Of a stretch of 64,000 bases of DNA, positions 40,437 to 49,820 are shown in pieces; within the stretch, counting starts at the first letter, position 1; each line of letters opens with the position of its first letter. This DNA is from a virus, in the IMG/VR virus record IMGVR_UViG_3300047095_000535, positions 19,708-83,707 of that record. One strand, 5' to 3'. The notes under the pieces were generated by a model. It ran no database searches and was not told the DNA's origin. It saw only the letters and a list, made by a program, of their open reading frames with translations. The position numbers were made by a program, and so were the translations under genes.

Positions 40437-40883
40437 ATGTTGAAAGCGGAAGGTAAAGTATTCGTAGATATACGAAAGAAGCGAGTGGTCGTTACCACTA
40501 CGTATGACTTCGTGCGGTACTACCAATGGTTCATACATAGGGCTTATTGGGTGTGGGTGGACCTTCCCTTCCATGGCAGTCATATTACCATAGCCAATGA
40601 CAAGTTACACAAGAATGTGAATTGGGCATGGGCGTATAAGAAGTACCATGGAAAGACCATTGAATGGGAGTATGACGAGGATATGATTATCGGAGGTTTC
40701 CGTAAAGGGTTTTATATGTTCTATATGAAGGTCTTTTCCAAAGACATGGAGGATATCAAAAAGGATATCGGAGTTCGTGAGAACGATGAATATCGCGGAC
40801 TTCATGTGACCCTTGGAAGTATTATGAAAGCTGGTGCTGTAGTAAGGTATTGGTGGCCCCCTATGATTGAGGTTAAACACTAG
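40437..40883 (+). CDS. 2H phosphoesterase-like protein
   Basis: Two HxT motifs 'SHITI' and 'LHVTL' about 75 aa apart; ATG 23 nt after promoter motif. Confidence 0.6.
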   Translation: MLKAEGKVFVDIRKKRVVVTTTYDFVRYYQWFIHRAYWVWVDLPFHGSHITIANDKLHKNVNWAWAYKKYHGKTIEWEYDEDMIIGGFRKGFYMFYMKVFSKDMEDIKKDIGVRENDEYRGLHVTLGSIMKAGAVVRYWWPPMIEVKH

Positions 40884-40897
40884 GATACGCTGAGGGC

Positions 40898-41302
40898 ATG
40901 AAACGACGATGTATCATTTTGAGAGGAACTGCGGGAGTGGGGAAGTCCACTTTCTGCGATCTTATCGCGGAACCAAAGGTTGTATGTTGCGCGGATTTTT
41001 TCTTTGAAAAAGATGGTGAATATAATTGGGACGGGGCGAAGTTGAGAGAAGCGCATGAACAGTCCGTCAACGCTTTTAAACAGGCGTTACTAGACCCTCA
41101 TGTGGATAATATCATTGTTGCTAATACCAATTGTAAGGAGCGTGACCTTTCAGTGTATATTGAAGAAGCCGAAAAGTTGAACATACCAGTTACGGTAGTG
41201 GTGTTGGAGAAAAGACATGACGGTGATAATCTTCATGGGGTACCTGATGAAGTGATTGCCCGACAAGAACAAAATCTAAGAAACAGTTTAAAGCTAAAAT
41301 AA
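40898..41302 (+). CDS. P-loop kinase (polynucleotide-kinase/AAA_33-like)
   Basis: 'ILRGTAGVGKST', 'CADFFF', 'IVANTN', 'NLHGVP'. Confidence 0.85.
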   Translation: MKRRCIILRGTAGVGKSTFCDLIAEPKVVCCADFFFEKDGEYNWDGAKLREAHEQSVNAFKQALLDPHVDNIIVANTNCKERDLSVYIEEAEKLNIPVTVVVLEKRHDGDNLHGVPDEVIARQEQNLRNSLKLK

Positions 41303-41303
41303 T

Positions 41304-41711
41304 ATGAAAGACATAGACACGGCTCAACTAGCCAAGGATATATATAAGGCTAGAAAATATTTGGGCAAACCAATGAAATGGAGGTTTTCCAGTCCTTATG
41401 AAATGGATTTTACCGGACACACTATTTTAGTGGCGGTTGATCATACTACTGCTTCATCGTCGTCCGCGTTGGTAAGCAACGAGTTTAATAAACAAGGATA
41501 TTGTGTGGCTCTGATTGGAGATATTGGTAGGGTGATCCCTGTCAATAACTTGGTCGAGGAATCCCCGTACGAAGATGTATATTTAAATGAGAACTATAAA
41601 GCCCGAGTCTTTGCCGATAAGATTATGGTGGACGGTAACGAGTTTCCTATAACCATCTTACAAGAATTACGGCTTGCCCATAGTGATGTGTTAGAAGCAC
41701 TCTCCGACTAA
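41304..41711 (+). CDS. Hypothetical protein with shared C-terminal module
   Basis: C-terminal 'VYLNENYKARV..IMVDGNEFP'. Confidence 0.6.
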   Translation: MKDIDTAQLAKDIYKARKYLGKPMKWRFSSPYEMDFTGHTILVAVDHTTASSSSALVSNEFNKQGYCVALIGDIGRVIPVNNLVEESPYEDVYLNENYKARVFADKIMVDGNEFPITILQELRLAHSDVLEALSD

Positions 41712-41721
41712 GAATAACTAT

Positions 41722-41994
41722 ATGACTACACATACTGAAGATTTTTTACAAACCCTAAAAACTCGCGAACTTTTATCAACACTGAATGATGTTAGAGCGT
41801 ATAAGCAGAAACATGCGGATTCGATAGATAATTGGGTGGTTGAGTATAGGGAACGCCTACAAAACCAGTTATCGGACTATGACCATAGCATCGCCTTACT
41901 TAAGAAGGTTCTAGCCACTAGGGAACACGTTCCTAATAAGGTTGAACGCGCAAAGACCCGTAAAGAAAAACAACTAGCCAAACAGAATCGATAA
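41722..41994 (+). CDS. Hypothetical protein
   Basis: 'LKKVLATREHVPNKVE' motif. Confidence 0.6.
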   Translation: MTTHTEDFLQTLKTRELLSTLNDVRAYKQKHADSIDNWVVEYRERLQNQLSDYDHSIALLKKVLATREHVPNKVERAKTRKEKQLAKQNR

Positions 41995-41996
41995 TT

Positions 41997-42413
41997 ATGG
42001 CAAAACCTAAACAGATAGTTTTTCCTCCGGGGTTTGACCCGAACCGTAAACCACAGTTTCTTACAAGAAAACCTGTGGAGTTTATCGACGACAACACGGA
42101 GAAAGCGCGTGTGGAGATATATGATGAGGATTGGGTGGATCTCGATCCCGGGTTGAAATGGCGGTTTACAGCAGAGCGTTACCCATACGATGATTATTAC
42201 ACGTATTACATGGTTGGATACGTTAGAAATCGGGAGAAAAATCCTAATTATGAACGGGATCTGACCAATTACGAGTACCAGAAGGTCAAGCATGAGGAAG
42301 CTATTAAGTTTTGGGAAGACTGGAAATCGATTTGGGATAAAGAACAACAAAAGAAAGCAGAAGAGAAAGAACGAGAAATACTTAAACAACTAAAAGAAAA
42401 ATACGAAAAATGA
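41997..42413 (+). CDS. Hypothetical protein with C-terminal coiled coil
   Basis: Ends 'EREILKQLKEKYEK'. Confidence 0.6.
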   Translation: MAKPKQIVFPPGFDPNRKPQFLTRKPVEFIDDNTEKARVEIYDEDWVDLDPGLKWRFTAERYPYDDYYTYYMVGYVRNREKNPNYERDLTNYEYQKVKHEEAIKFWEDWKSIWDKEQQKKAEEKEREILKQLKEKYEK

Positions 42414-42757
42414 ATGCTATTATGATGCTAACACCTTATAAGGACCGGGGAGTATGGATGTTTGATGACCCTTCGGTTGGACTATTACGCGAACCCTTCG
42501 TGTTGGGTATCGGGGAAATCTTGGATAAGATGACCGAGGATATTGCCGATGCCGTTAAGGGGTTTAACCTGTTTTTCTCCTCTACTGAGTTTCCCGCATG
42601 TCAAGGGTTTCTTAATCGGTGGAAAGCGGACTCCGGAGGTACTTGGTATGTTTGGGTGACGGAAGAAATGGCAGGATGGTTATGCCCCGCATTGTTCAAA
42701 TATTTTCAAATCGCTCCTGATGAATTGTACTTCCGAGCGGAAGCGATTAAACACTAA
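42410..42757 (+). CDS. DUF6717-like protein
   Basis: 'PYKDRGVWMFDD..LLREPFV..GWLCPALFKYF..APDELY'. Confidence 0.65.
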   Translation: MNAIMMLTPYKDRGVWMFDDPSVGLLREPFVLGIGEILDKMTEDIADAVKGFNLFFSSTEFPACQGFLNRWKADSGGTWYVWVTEEMAGWLCPALFKYFQIAPDELYFRAEAIKH

Positions 42758-42888
42758 GGTATGATTGGCACATGATTCTCCCTGTATAGGGAATCTATAT
42801 GCTTCATGTTTACGTCAAGCATTGTTGGTGACATTTCCAACTTGCCACATTATTCATATAGTATATTTAACACCGAAGTCCATTCATA

Positions 42889-44001
42889 ATGAAAATATCT
42901 GAACAAATACTCCATTTTTTAAAAGCTCCTTCTGACGAGTTTAAGCTTAAGTATGGTCAGGTGTTTGGTAGAGACTGTGTGTTGATTACGCCTTCCGATA
43001 TGGGAACACATTGGAACGCGGAAAACTCAATTTTTCGTAGTTGTTTATGTGATTGTAACAGCGGGCAGATTTATAATATCGGGTTTCGAAAGTTTGTAAA
43101 CTTCTCCGAACGTCCGGAATATGAACCTTGGGATAACGAGTGGAAGGTAGAGGCTCGCCACAAAATAGATGGTTCACTGCTATGTATTTCAAAAATAGAT
43201 AAAAATGTATTGGCTAGAACCAGAGGGGTGTTTGATGCTACAGTTCATGAGACTGGAGACGAGATAGAAACGTTTAAAAATAAGTATCCCTTGGTTTTTG
43301 ATAATGAATATATAAACTCAGAAAGATACACGATATTATGCGAACATACTACACCAAATCGTGTCATAGTTATTAGAGAGCATTCAATACCTACTCTAAC
43401 CCTATTGGGTATTATATCCCACGACACTTGTAAATATGTGTCACAAGACGAGTTGGACGAGTGCGCTATTCGATGGGGAGTGAACCGTCCTGAAAAATAT
43501 GAATATGCTTCCGTTTCGGAATGTCTCGCGGATGTGGCGGCTTGGAAAGGTAAGGAAGGGGTGGTACTATGTTCTCCTGATGGACAAACCCTGAAGAAAA
43601 TCAAGGCGGATTTGTATCTGGAACTCCACAAGGTTTCTACGGGGTACACCAACATCAATCAGGTTTTGGACCTGTTCATGACCACTCCTCGATTTCCTGA
43701 TTGGAAGGACTTCTACACATATGTCGAAACCACTTTGGATTACGAGGTTGCGGAGAAGCTGTGTGGTCATATTGGCAAGATCAGCGACTCTTATAAACTG
43801 GTTCTGGAGCATATCGACAAGATTCACAAGGCGGTGGACATGGTTCGTGGACCTTCGTTCACCCGTAAGGATCAAGCTTTGTTTATTACAGGGCGTTGGG
43901 ACGATTGGAGAAAGGTAGCGGCGTTCCAGATACTTGACAACCGGGAATTGGATGATAAGGTTATCCGGAAGGGAATTGAGACTTACCTACTTTACGATTA
44001 A
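42889..44001 (+). CDS. RNA ligase 1 (T4 RnlA-like)
   Basis: 'GFRKFVNFSE', motif I 'HKIDGSL', 'CEHTTPNRVIV', 'KEGVV', 'KKIK'. Confidence 0.85.
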   Translation: MKISEQILHFLKAPSDEFKLKYGQVFGRDCVLITPSDMGTHWNAENSIFRSCLCDCNSGQIYNIGFRKFVNFSERPEYEPWDNEWKVEARHKIDGSLLCISKIDKNVLARTRGVFDATVHETGDEIETFKNKYPLVFDNEYINSERYTILCEHTTPNRVIVIREHSIPTLTLLGIISHDTCKYVSQDELDECAIRWGVNRPEKYEYASVSECLADVAAWKGKEGVVLCSPDGQTLKKIKADLYLELHKVSTGYTNINQVLDLFMTTPRFPDWKDFYTYVETTLDYEVAEKLCGHIGKISDSYKLVLEHIDKIHKAVDMVRGPSFTRKDQALFITGRWDDWRKVAAFQILDNRELDDKVIRKGIETYLLYD

Positions 44002-44022
44002 ACACTACAATACAATAACAAC

Positions 44023-44850
44023 ATGAAAGCATATAAAGCAACTTACAACATGAAGTGTGAGACCCTTACCTATGAGGTAGGGAAGACGTATTCAATAACC
44101 AGTATGGAAATGTGTGACCACGGGTTTCACTTCTGTCCTGTCATGAGCGACGTTCTTGAGTTTTATCCTTATCATAAGGACTTCATTCTAATGGAAGTGG
44201 AGATTCTTGGGAAGAGGGTGATTAAAAGGGAGAAAGGTCTTACTGATAAGATGAGGGTGGTTCGCATCGTTCCCCCGGAAGAGTATGAGTTTGATATTCC
44301 CGAGCAGGAGAAGGCTGACGAAGTTACATGTGTATATGACGAACGAGGAAATGTGATATCCAAGACTTATCACAATAACATCGTGTATACTTATGAGTAT
44401 GATGATCGGAATAACGTTATCGTGGAAGGGTTACCGAACGGGCGTAAAAAGTTTAACACATACGACGAGAGAAATAATCTGATTCGTCGGGAGGATGGTA
44501 GAGGGTATAGAGCGTATACATATGGATACGACGAGAGGAATAATAAGATTTTCATGAAGTATCCATCAGGTGAGCAGTGGGCTTATGGGTATGACGAACG
44601 TAATAACAATACTTACTGTATATCTCCAGAGGGTCTCACGACGAGGTATGAATATGATGAGCGGGGTAATATAACCCGTAGGATTGATCATGATGGTCGT
44701 TGTGCGTGTTTGACATATGATGAACATAACCGCAGGGCTTCCATTAGGTACTCGGATGGGGATATCACCACATGGAATTATGACGAGCAAGGAAACCTTA
44801 TCGAATACTCTACCACTGATGGGTCTACTTGGAGGATAACAATCGAGTAA
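44023..44850 (+). CDS. YD/RHS-repeat protein (paralog 2 of 25319-26197)
   Basis: Same N-terminal domain, about 8 'YxYDERxN' repeats, same C-terminus 'WxITIE'. Confidence 0.8.
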   Translation: MKAYKATYNMKCETLTYEVGKTYSITSMEMCDHGFHFCPVMSDVLEFYPYHKDFILMEVEILGKRVIKREKGLTDKMRVVRIVPPEEYEFDIPEQEKADEVTCVYDERGNVISKTYHNNIVYTYEYDDRNNVIVEGLPNGRKKFNTYDERNNLIRREDGRGYRAYTYGYDERNNKIFMKYPSGEQWAYGYDERNNNTYCISPEGLTTRYEYDERGNITRRIDHDGRCACLTYDEHNRRASIRYSDGDITTWNYDEQGNLIEYSTTDGSTWRITIE

Positions 44851-44872
44851 AACACTAGGTTATAATAACCAC

Positions 44873-45070
44873 ATGATCACACAGTTGCTAAAGGAACTCC
44901 AAGACACTTGGGGGTACACCACGGAAGAGTTGAATGATATCGAGGAAAAGATGAAGGAGTTTGGCAACTCCTGCTTCTGGGAAGGGTACGCGGAAAAGAA
45001 CGATGAATTGGATAAAAACATTTCTCCGACTTTTTACGCTAAAAAGTCGGATATGGACGGGTATGAGTGA
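44873..45070 (+). CDS. Hypothetical protein
   Basis: ATG 24 nt after promoter motif. Confidence 0.55.
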   Translation: MITQLLKELQDTWGYTTEELNDIEEKMKEFGNSCFWEGYAEKNDELDKNISPTFYAKKSDMDGYE

Positions 45071-45254
45071 TATTACCATAGATCAGGAAATCTTCGATAA
45101 CGACGAAGCACTAATTGCCTTGAAAAAGAGGTATTTTAGGATTTATAGGCAAGAAGACTACCCCCATACCAAGGAAATCACTTCCAAACTGGACGAACTG
45201 GAGAAGGTTATAAATCTTAGAAAACAAGAAATTATAAAGGAAAACACACCATGA
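45063..45254 (+). CDS. Hypothetical protein
   Basis: Likely start 'MSDITID', overlapping the previous stop. Confidence 0.45.
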   Translation: MSDITIDQEIFDNDEALIALKKRYFRIYRQEDYPHTKEITSKLDELEKVINLRKQEIIKENTP

Positions 45255-45371
45255 CTGCGAAACACAAACGAGATATCAGACGGAAAATAATGAGGGCGTT
45301 GTATCACAACGACTCTCTTCAACCAACCACACCAAAAGGCACTGTTGTCAAACTTCCAACCTTGAAATAAT

Positions 45372-46244
45372 ATGGACATTCTCAACTTAGATGCGAATTT
45401 TAAACCTTTCTCCGACTTGGACCTATTGGTAGGGTTTGTGTTGGAACATAAAACGTTCAACTTCTTAGGGGGAGAACCACACATCCAGATCCTATCGGAT
45501 AGAATAAGTTCGGAGTTGGTTATCACTCAAAGGTTCAATAACATTGCCGACCTGTTCAACATCGTTCTAGCCAATGATGCGGCTAAACGGAAGGGGTACG
45601 AGACGATTCACTTATATCTTCCATACTTCCCTGCTGCTCGTCAGGATCGTGTATGTAATCCCGGGGAACCTCTCACGGTTAAGGTTTTCACGGATATTAT
45701 AAACTCCTGCGGGTTCAAATCCGTGAAGATTTTCCGCCCACATAGTGAGGTTGTGGTGGCGTTGTTGGATAGGGTGATTGTGGTTGATCTTGAGAAGTAC
45801 CATGTCCAGAAAATCGTGCAACAAAATTCAGATGGTCGCTATTTCAACATCGTTTGTCCTGATGCGGGTGCTGGAAAATCTACAGAGAAGATCGTTCGGT
45901 TCTTAATAGAACAAGACAAACATAGGACGTATAACCTGATTCGTTGTGAGAAGATTCGTGACGTTACGGATGGTAAACTTCTAGGGTTCACTGTTCATGA
46001 AACAGATGATCTTAGAGGATATCCAACATTGATCGTGGATGATATCTGCGCCATGGGCGGAACGTTTATCGGACTCGCTAAGAAGCTGCGTACGATAAAC
46101 TGTGGAAAGCTTATGCTTTATACCAGTCACGCGGATTGTATGGCGGGTCTTAACAACGTCGCTTCGGTGTTTGATAAGGTTTATATCACTAACAGCAAAC
46201 AGGACTGGCCTTCGGATTCGGTTATCAACGTTATAAATCTATGA
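45372..46244 (+). CDS. Ribose-phosphate pyrophosphokinase-like (possible ADPR-PP synthetase)
   Basis: 'FLGGEPHIQ', 'PYFPAARQDRV', 'PDAGA', PRT motif 'IVDDICAMGGTF'. Confidence 0.85.
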   Translation: MDILNLDANFKPFSDLDLLVGFVLEHKTFNFLGGEPHIQILSDRISSELVITQRFNNIADLFNIVLANDAAKRKGYETIHLYLPYFPAARQDRVCNPGEPLTVKVFTDIINSCGFKSVKIFRPHSEVVVALLDRVIVVDLEKYHVQKIVQQNSDGRYFNIVCPDAGAGKSTEKIVRFLIEQDKHRTYNLIRCEKIRDVTDGKLLGFTVHETDDLRGYPTLIVDDICAMGGTFIGLAKKLRTINCGKLMLYTSHADCMAGLNNVASVFDKVYITNSKQDWPSDSVINVINL

Positions 46245-46795
46245 TACTATATAAAAATCAACTATTAGGCGCGACGATGAACGTCACGCAGTGTCGGATC
46301 TATTTTTTGGGAGGCGTCTTCTCACAATGGACAAAGTGTAATATTTATGACGCGAATCTGGATATCACATTCAATTGTGCGGAACAGGCGATGATGTATG
46401 CCAAGGCACTCACGTTTTTCGATCAAGATGCGGCTCAACAAGTATTAGATACTTTAGATCCAAGGGAGCATAAGGCCATTGGGAGGTCCATTAAAAACTA
46501 CGATGATGCCAGATGGTCGGAAGTACGGTTTGATATCGTTAAGAATATCAACTATATGAAGTTCAACCAAAATCCTACGTGGAGGGAGCTGTTGATCATG
46601 ACATATCCATACGAATTGATTGAGGCGAATCCTAGTGATACGATATGGGGAGTTGGACTTCATGAAGACGACCCTCTTATTTTATCAAAGGATAACTGGA
46701 AGGGAACTAACTTATTGGGGCAAGCTATTATGGCTGCCAGAGATATGATTCTGAAAAACTATACTGTAAGCTTGAAGAACACTTATGAACGCTGA
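46241..46795 (+). CDS. NADAR (YbiA-like) protein
   Basis: 'FSQW..AEQAMMYAKA..KAIGR..KFNQN..LIEANPSDTIWGVG..GTNLLG'. Confidence 0.9.
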   Translation: MILYKNQLLGATMNVTQCRIYFLGGVFSQWTKCNIYDANLDITFNCAEQAMMYAKALTFFDQDAAQQVLDTLDPREHKAIGRSIKNYDDARWSEVRFDIVKNINYMKFNQNPTWRELLIMTYPYELIEANPSDTIWGVGLHEDDPLILSKDNWKGTNLLGQAIMAARDMILKNYTVSLKNTYER

Positions 46796-47009
46796 ACATG
46801 CGAGGGCGATGTCTGATGACGCGAATCGAGCGAAGTATTCTAAAGACTTGAACAACATCGCTACCGCTATAATGGAACGTGCTAAAGACGGGTGTTATAG
46901 CGTTACGGTTCCTCCTACTGATGGGTATTCGTTCTTCGTCCAAGGGTATCTTCGTGCGATGGGGTATAAGGTTACGATGTATCAAGGAAGGTACGAGATA
47001 GATTGGTGA
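46785..47009 (+). CDS. Hypothetical protein
   Basis: 74-aa ORF ending 'GYKV..IDW'. Confidence 0.55.
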   Translation: MNAEHARAMSDDANRAKYSKDLNNIATAIMERAKDGCYSVTVPPTDGYSFFVQGYLRAMGYKVTMYQGRYEIDW

Positions 47010-47034
47010 GTTAAACACTAGAATGACATAAGAT

Positions 47035-47310
47035 ATGGATATGAAATTAGAAGACATGAACTCCACCCAGCTTCGGGAGTATGCTAATGAACTGGACCGA
47101 CAGGAAAGGATTAAAGATATTCCAACTCCGAAAGACGACATAGACTTCGAGGAGGTAAAAAACGTGGCAAGGGAACATTTAGAATCTTTGGCATGTGGCC
47201 ATGTCTCCGAGTTAGAATGTTTCCATGAAGAACTTTATGATGAAGTCATGGAGGCGATTTATGGCGGCGATATTTTCAAGTGGATCATTGGACACACTGA
47301 ACGATCATGA
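47035..47310 (+). CDS. Hypothetical protein
   Basis: ATG 23 nt after promoter motif. Confidence 0.6.
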   Translation: MDMKLEDMNSTQLREYANELDRQERIKDIPTPKDDIDFEEVKNVAREHLESLACGHVSELECFHEELYDEVMEAIYGGDIFKWIIGHTERS

Positions 47311-48170
47311 CCAGCATCGAATTATTCAAGACAGAACTCCGTGAGTTGTTGGCAGGAATGAGTGATGAGGAACTTCTCAAATCGTTGGAAGATATCAGAA
47401 TCAAAAACGAAAACGCTTCCCCTACTTTCAAGTTTTATCGGGTATGTAACACCGATATAGAGCAAGGGTTATGGTATGATTACACCGGAAAGTTCCTTGG
47501 GTTGATCCACGATGAATTTTCATTCTGTTCCAACTCTTCTCTTAAAATGGATTATGATGAAGATTTGGTAGGGTGGCTATCCGCTACTTCTTCAATAGAA
47601 GACCTTTATAAATGGTTTACGGTTGACGATATATTAAAACTGCAATCCTATGGGTGGTGTATACATGAGTACAAAGTCCGTAGTTTTTGGTTTTATGAAC
47701 CGTTCCAACATTTTGTCATTTGTCAGGAAACCAGTGTACCAGTAAGAAAGATTATGCTAATAAAAACAAAAGAAGACATCCCTTCCGATTGGAAGGTTCT
47801 AAACGTAAGAAAAACAACCACGGTTGAAATGCGCCCATGTCAGGGTGTTGAAAGGTTCAAGGTATCTTGGTCCGACTCCGAACTGGTCAGTGATCCCGAA
47901 ACGGACGTCATTGTTATTTCCAGTGATAACGAGTACCCGTGTAAGAAGGACATTTTCATAGAGACTTATACTCCGTTGAAATGGATTAAGAAAGCGGTCA
48001 ATCAGATCGTGGAAATACCGCAAGGGGTTACTCTGGAAGTTGCGACTCTGGAAGGTACTGTCAGTGACGTGACTTATCCAGATTATATCGCAATTGGAGC
48101 TAGGGGAGAGGTGTACGTGAACACCAAGAAGTTCTTTGACGAGAGTCTTGAGGTTGTGAACGATGAATAA
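47307..48170 (+). CDS. Multi-domain hypothetical protein (C-terminal PGDYG-like duplicated domain)
   Basis: 'EYPCKKDIFIETY' and 'TLEG..PDYIAIGARGEVY..FFDESLE'. Confidence 0.55.
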   Translation: MTSIELFKTELRELLAGMSDEELLKSLEDIRIKNENASPTFKFYRVCNTDIEQGLWYDYTGKFLGLIHDEFSFCSNSSLKMDYDEDLVGWLSATSSIEDLYKWFTVDDILKLQSYGWCIHEYKVRSFWFYEPFQHFVICQETSVPVRKIMLIKTKEDIPSDWKVLNVRKTTTVEMRPCQGVERFKVSWSDSELVSDPETDVIVISSDNEYPCKKDIFIETYTPLKWIKKAVNQIVEIPQGVTLEVATLEGTVSDVTYPDYIAIGARGEVYVNTKKFFDESLEVVNDE

Positions 48171-48191
48171 ACACTAGGCTATACTATAAAT

Positions 48192-49820
48192 ATGAAAATG
48201 TTACCATGTCTGAATGAGGACGCCTATAAAATTGACCATCGGAGACAGTATCCGAGTAATTCACAATTAGTCTTTAGTAATTTCACTGCCCGTGGCAGTA
48301 GGGTCGAAGGAGTGGATAAGGTTATTTTCTTCGGGTTACAATATTTTATTAAAAAGTACTTGATTGACGAGTGGAACGATAATTTTTTCAATGTCGATGT
48401 GGAAGAAGTAGTGGCGAAGTATAACCGGAGAGTCCGTAACTACCTTGGCCCTAACTTGATTGGTGATCAACACATTCGGGAGTTGCATTCATTAGGATAT
48501 CTACCATTGGAGATACGGGCGGTTCCCGAAGGATCTAATGTCAATTTACGGGTTCCGATGTTGGTGGTATGGAACACCGATCCTAGGTTTTTCTGGTTGA
48601 CCAACCTCATTGAGACCATTCTTTCAACAACTATTTGGATGCCTTGTACCAGTGCGACTACTGCTTTAATGTATCGGAAAGAGTTGAACGAATGGGCAAA
48701 TAAGACTAACCCGGAAATGATTGATTTTGTACCTTGGCAAGGTCACGACTTTGCTTTTAGGGGACACGGTTCATTCGAATCCGCTTGTAGTAGTGGGGCG
48801 GCACACCTATTAAGTTTTTCCGGTACGGATACCGTACCTGCCGTTGATTTTCTCGAAGAGTATTATAATGCGGATAGCGATAACGAGCTTGTTGGAGGTA
48901 GTGTAGCGGCATCAGAACACTCTGTGGCCTGTATGGGGTCTACATATGATAAAGATGGCAACGCGAGTGATTACGCATATTTTGAAAGAATGGTTACGGA
49001 GGTATACCCATCCGGTATTGTCAGTCTTGTTTCAGATACTTTCGATTTTTGGGGAGTCATAAATCCTGACGGGGGTACTCTTGTCAAACTAAAGGATATC
49101 ATCTTGGCCCGCGACGGCAAGGTGGTGATTCGTCCTGATTCCGGAGATCCGGTGAAGATTGTCACTGGATGGACTGATAAGGAATTATATTTCGAAGACG
49201 GTAAGGCATACGAGAATCTTAGTATTCCTGCGGAAGGACCGCATGGGAGACCTACGAAGATTGATAGTAAGGGCCGTGCGATTTCCGAGGTTGAACGCAA
49301 GGGATTGATTCAATGCCTATGGGAAATCTTCGGTGGTACTGTGTCTTCTACTGGATATAAACAGTTGGATAGCCACATTGGAGCGATCTATGGTGATAGT
49401 ATCACCCTCAAGCGTTGTAAGGATATCTGTGATCGATTGGCTGCGAAGGGATTCGCGTCCACCAATCTTGTGTATGGTATTGGAAGCTTTACCTATCAAG
49501 GGGCGGTTACACCCAACGCAATCGTTACACGGGACACTTACGGGTTCGCTGTGAAGTCAACCTATGGGGAAGTTCTAGAGGATGGAAACATCGTGGGTGT
49601 GGAAATCTTCAAAGATCCCATCACCGATGATGGACTCAAGAAATCCGCCAAGGGACTGATTGCGGTTTATGAAGATGAACACGGCGAGTTCTATATGAAG
49701 GATCAGGCCACATGGGAAGATGTCAAGAATTGTGCGTTCGTTCAAGTCTTTAAGGATGGAAGCCTAATTACCGACCACACTTTGGGTCAAATTAGGGAAC
49801 GAGTTAGTAAGAATTTTTAA
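48192..49820 (+). CDS. Nicotinamide phosphoribosyltransferase-like (NAMPT / Namat)
   Basis: 'DAYKIDHRRQYP', 'HDFAFRG', 'ASEHS', 'SLVSDTFD', 'IRPDSGDP', 'IYGDSIT', 'KKSAKG'. Confidence 0.92.
   Translation: MKMLPCLNEDAYKIDHRRQYPSNSQLVFSNFTARGSRVEGVDKVIFFGLQYFIKKYLIDEWNDNFFNVDVEEVVAKYNRRVRNYLGPNLIGDQHIRELHSLGYLPLEIRAVPEGSNVNLRVPMLVVWNTDPRFFWLTNLIETILSTTIWMPCTSATTALMYRKELNEWANKTNPEMIDFVPWQGHDFAFRGHGSFESACSSGAAHLLSFSGTDTVPAVDFLEEYYNADSDNELVGGSVAASEHSVACMGSTYDKDGNASDYAYFERMVTEVYPSGIVSLVSDTFDFWGVINPDGGTLVKLKDIILARDGKVVIRPDSGDPVKIVTGWTDKELYFEDGKAYENLSIPAEGPHGRPTKIDSKGRAISEVERKGLIQCLWEIFGGTVSSTGYKQLDSHIGAIYGDSITLKRCKDICDRLAAKGFASTNLVYGIGSFTYQGAVTPNAIVTRDTYGFAVKSTYGEVLEDGNIVGVEIFKDPITDDGLKKSAKGLIAVYEDEHGEFYMKDQATWEDVKNCAFVQVFKDGSLITDHTLGQIRERVSKNF

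Noticed and set aside
25319-44850. Diversity-generating retroelement (template/variable repeat pair) between the YD paralogs
   Set aside because: No reverse transcriptase in the window, differences are not adenine-specific, and both copies are full ORFs.
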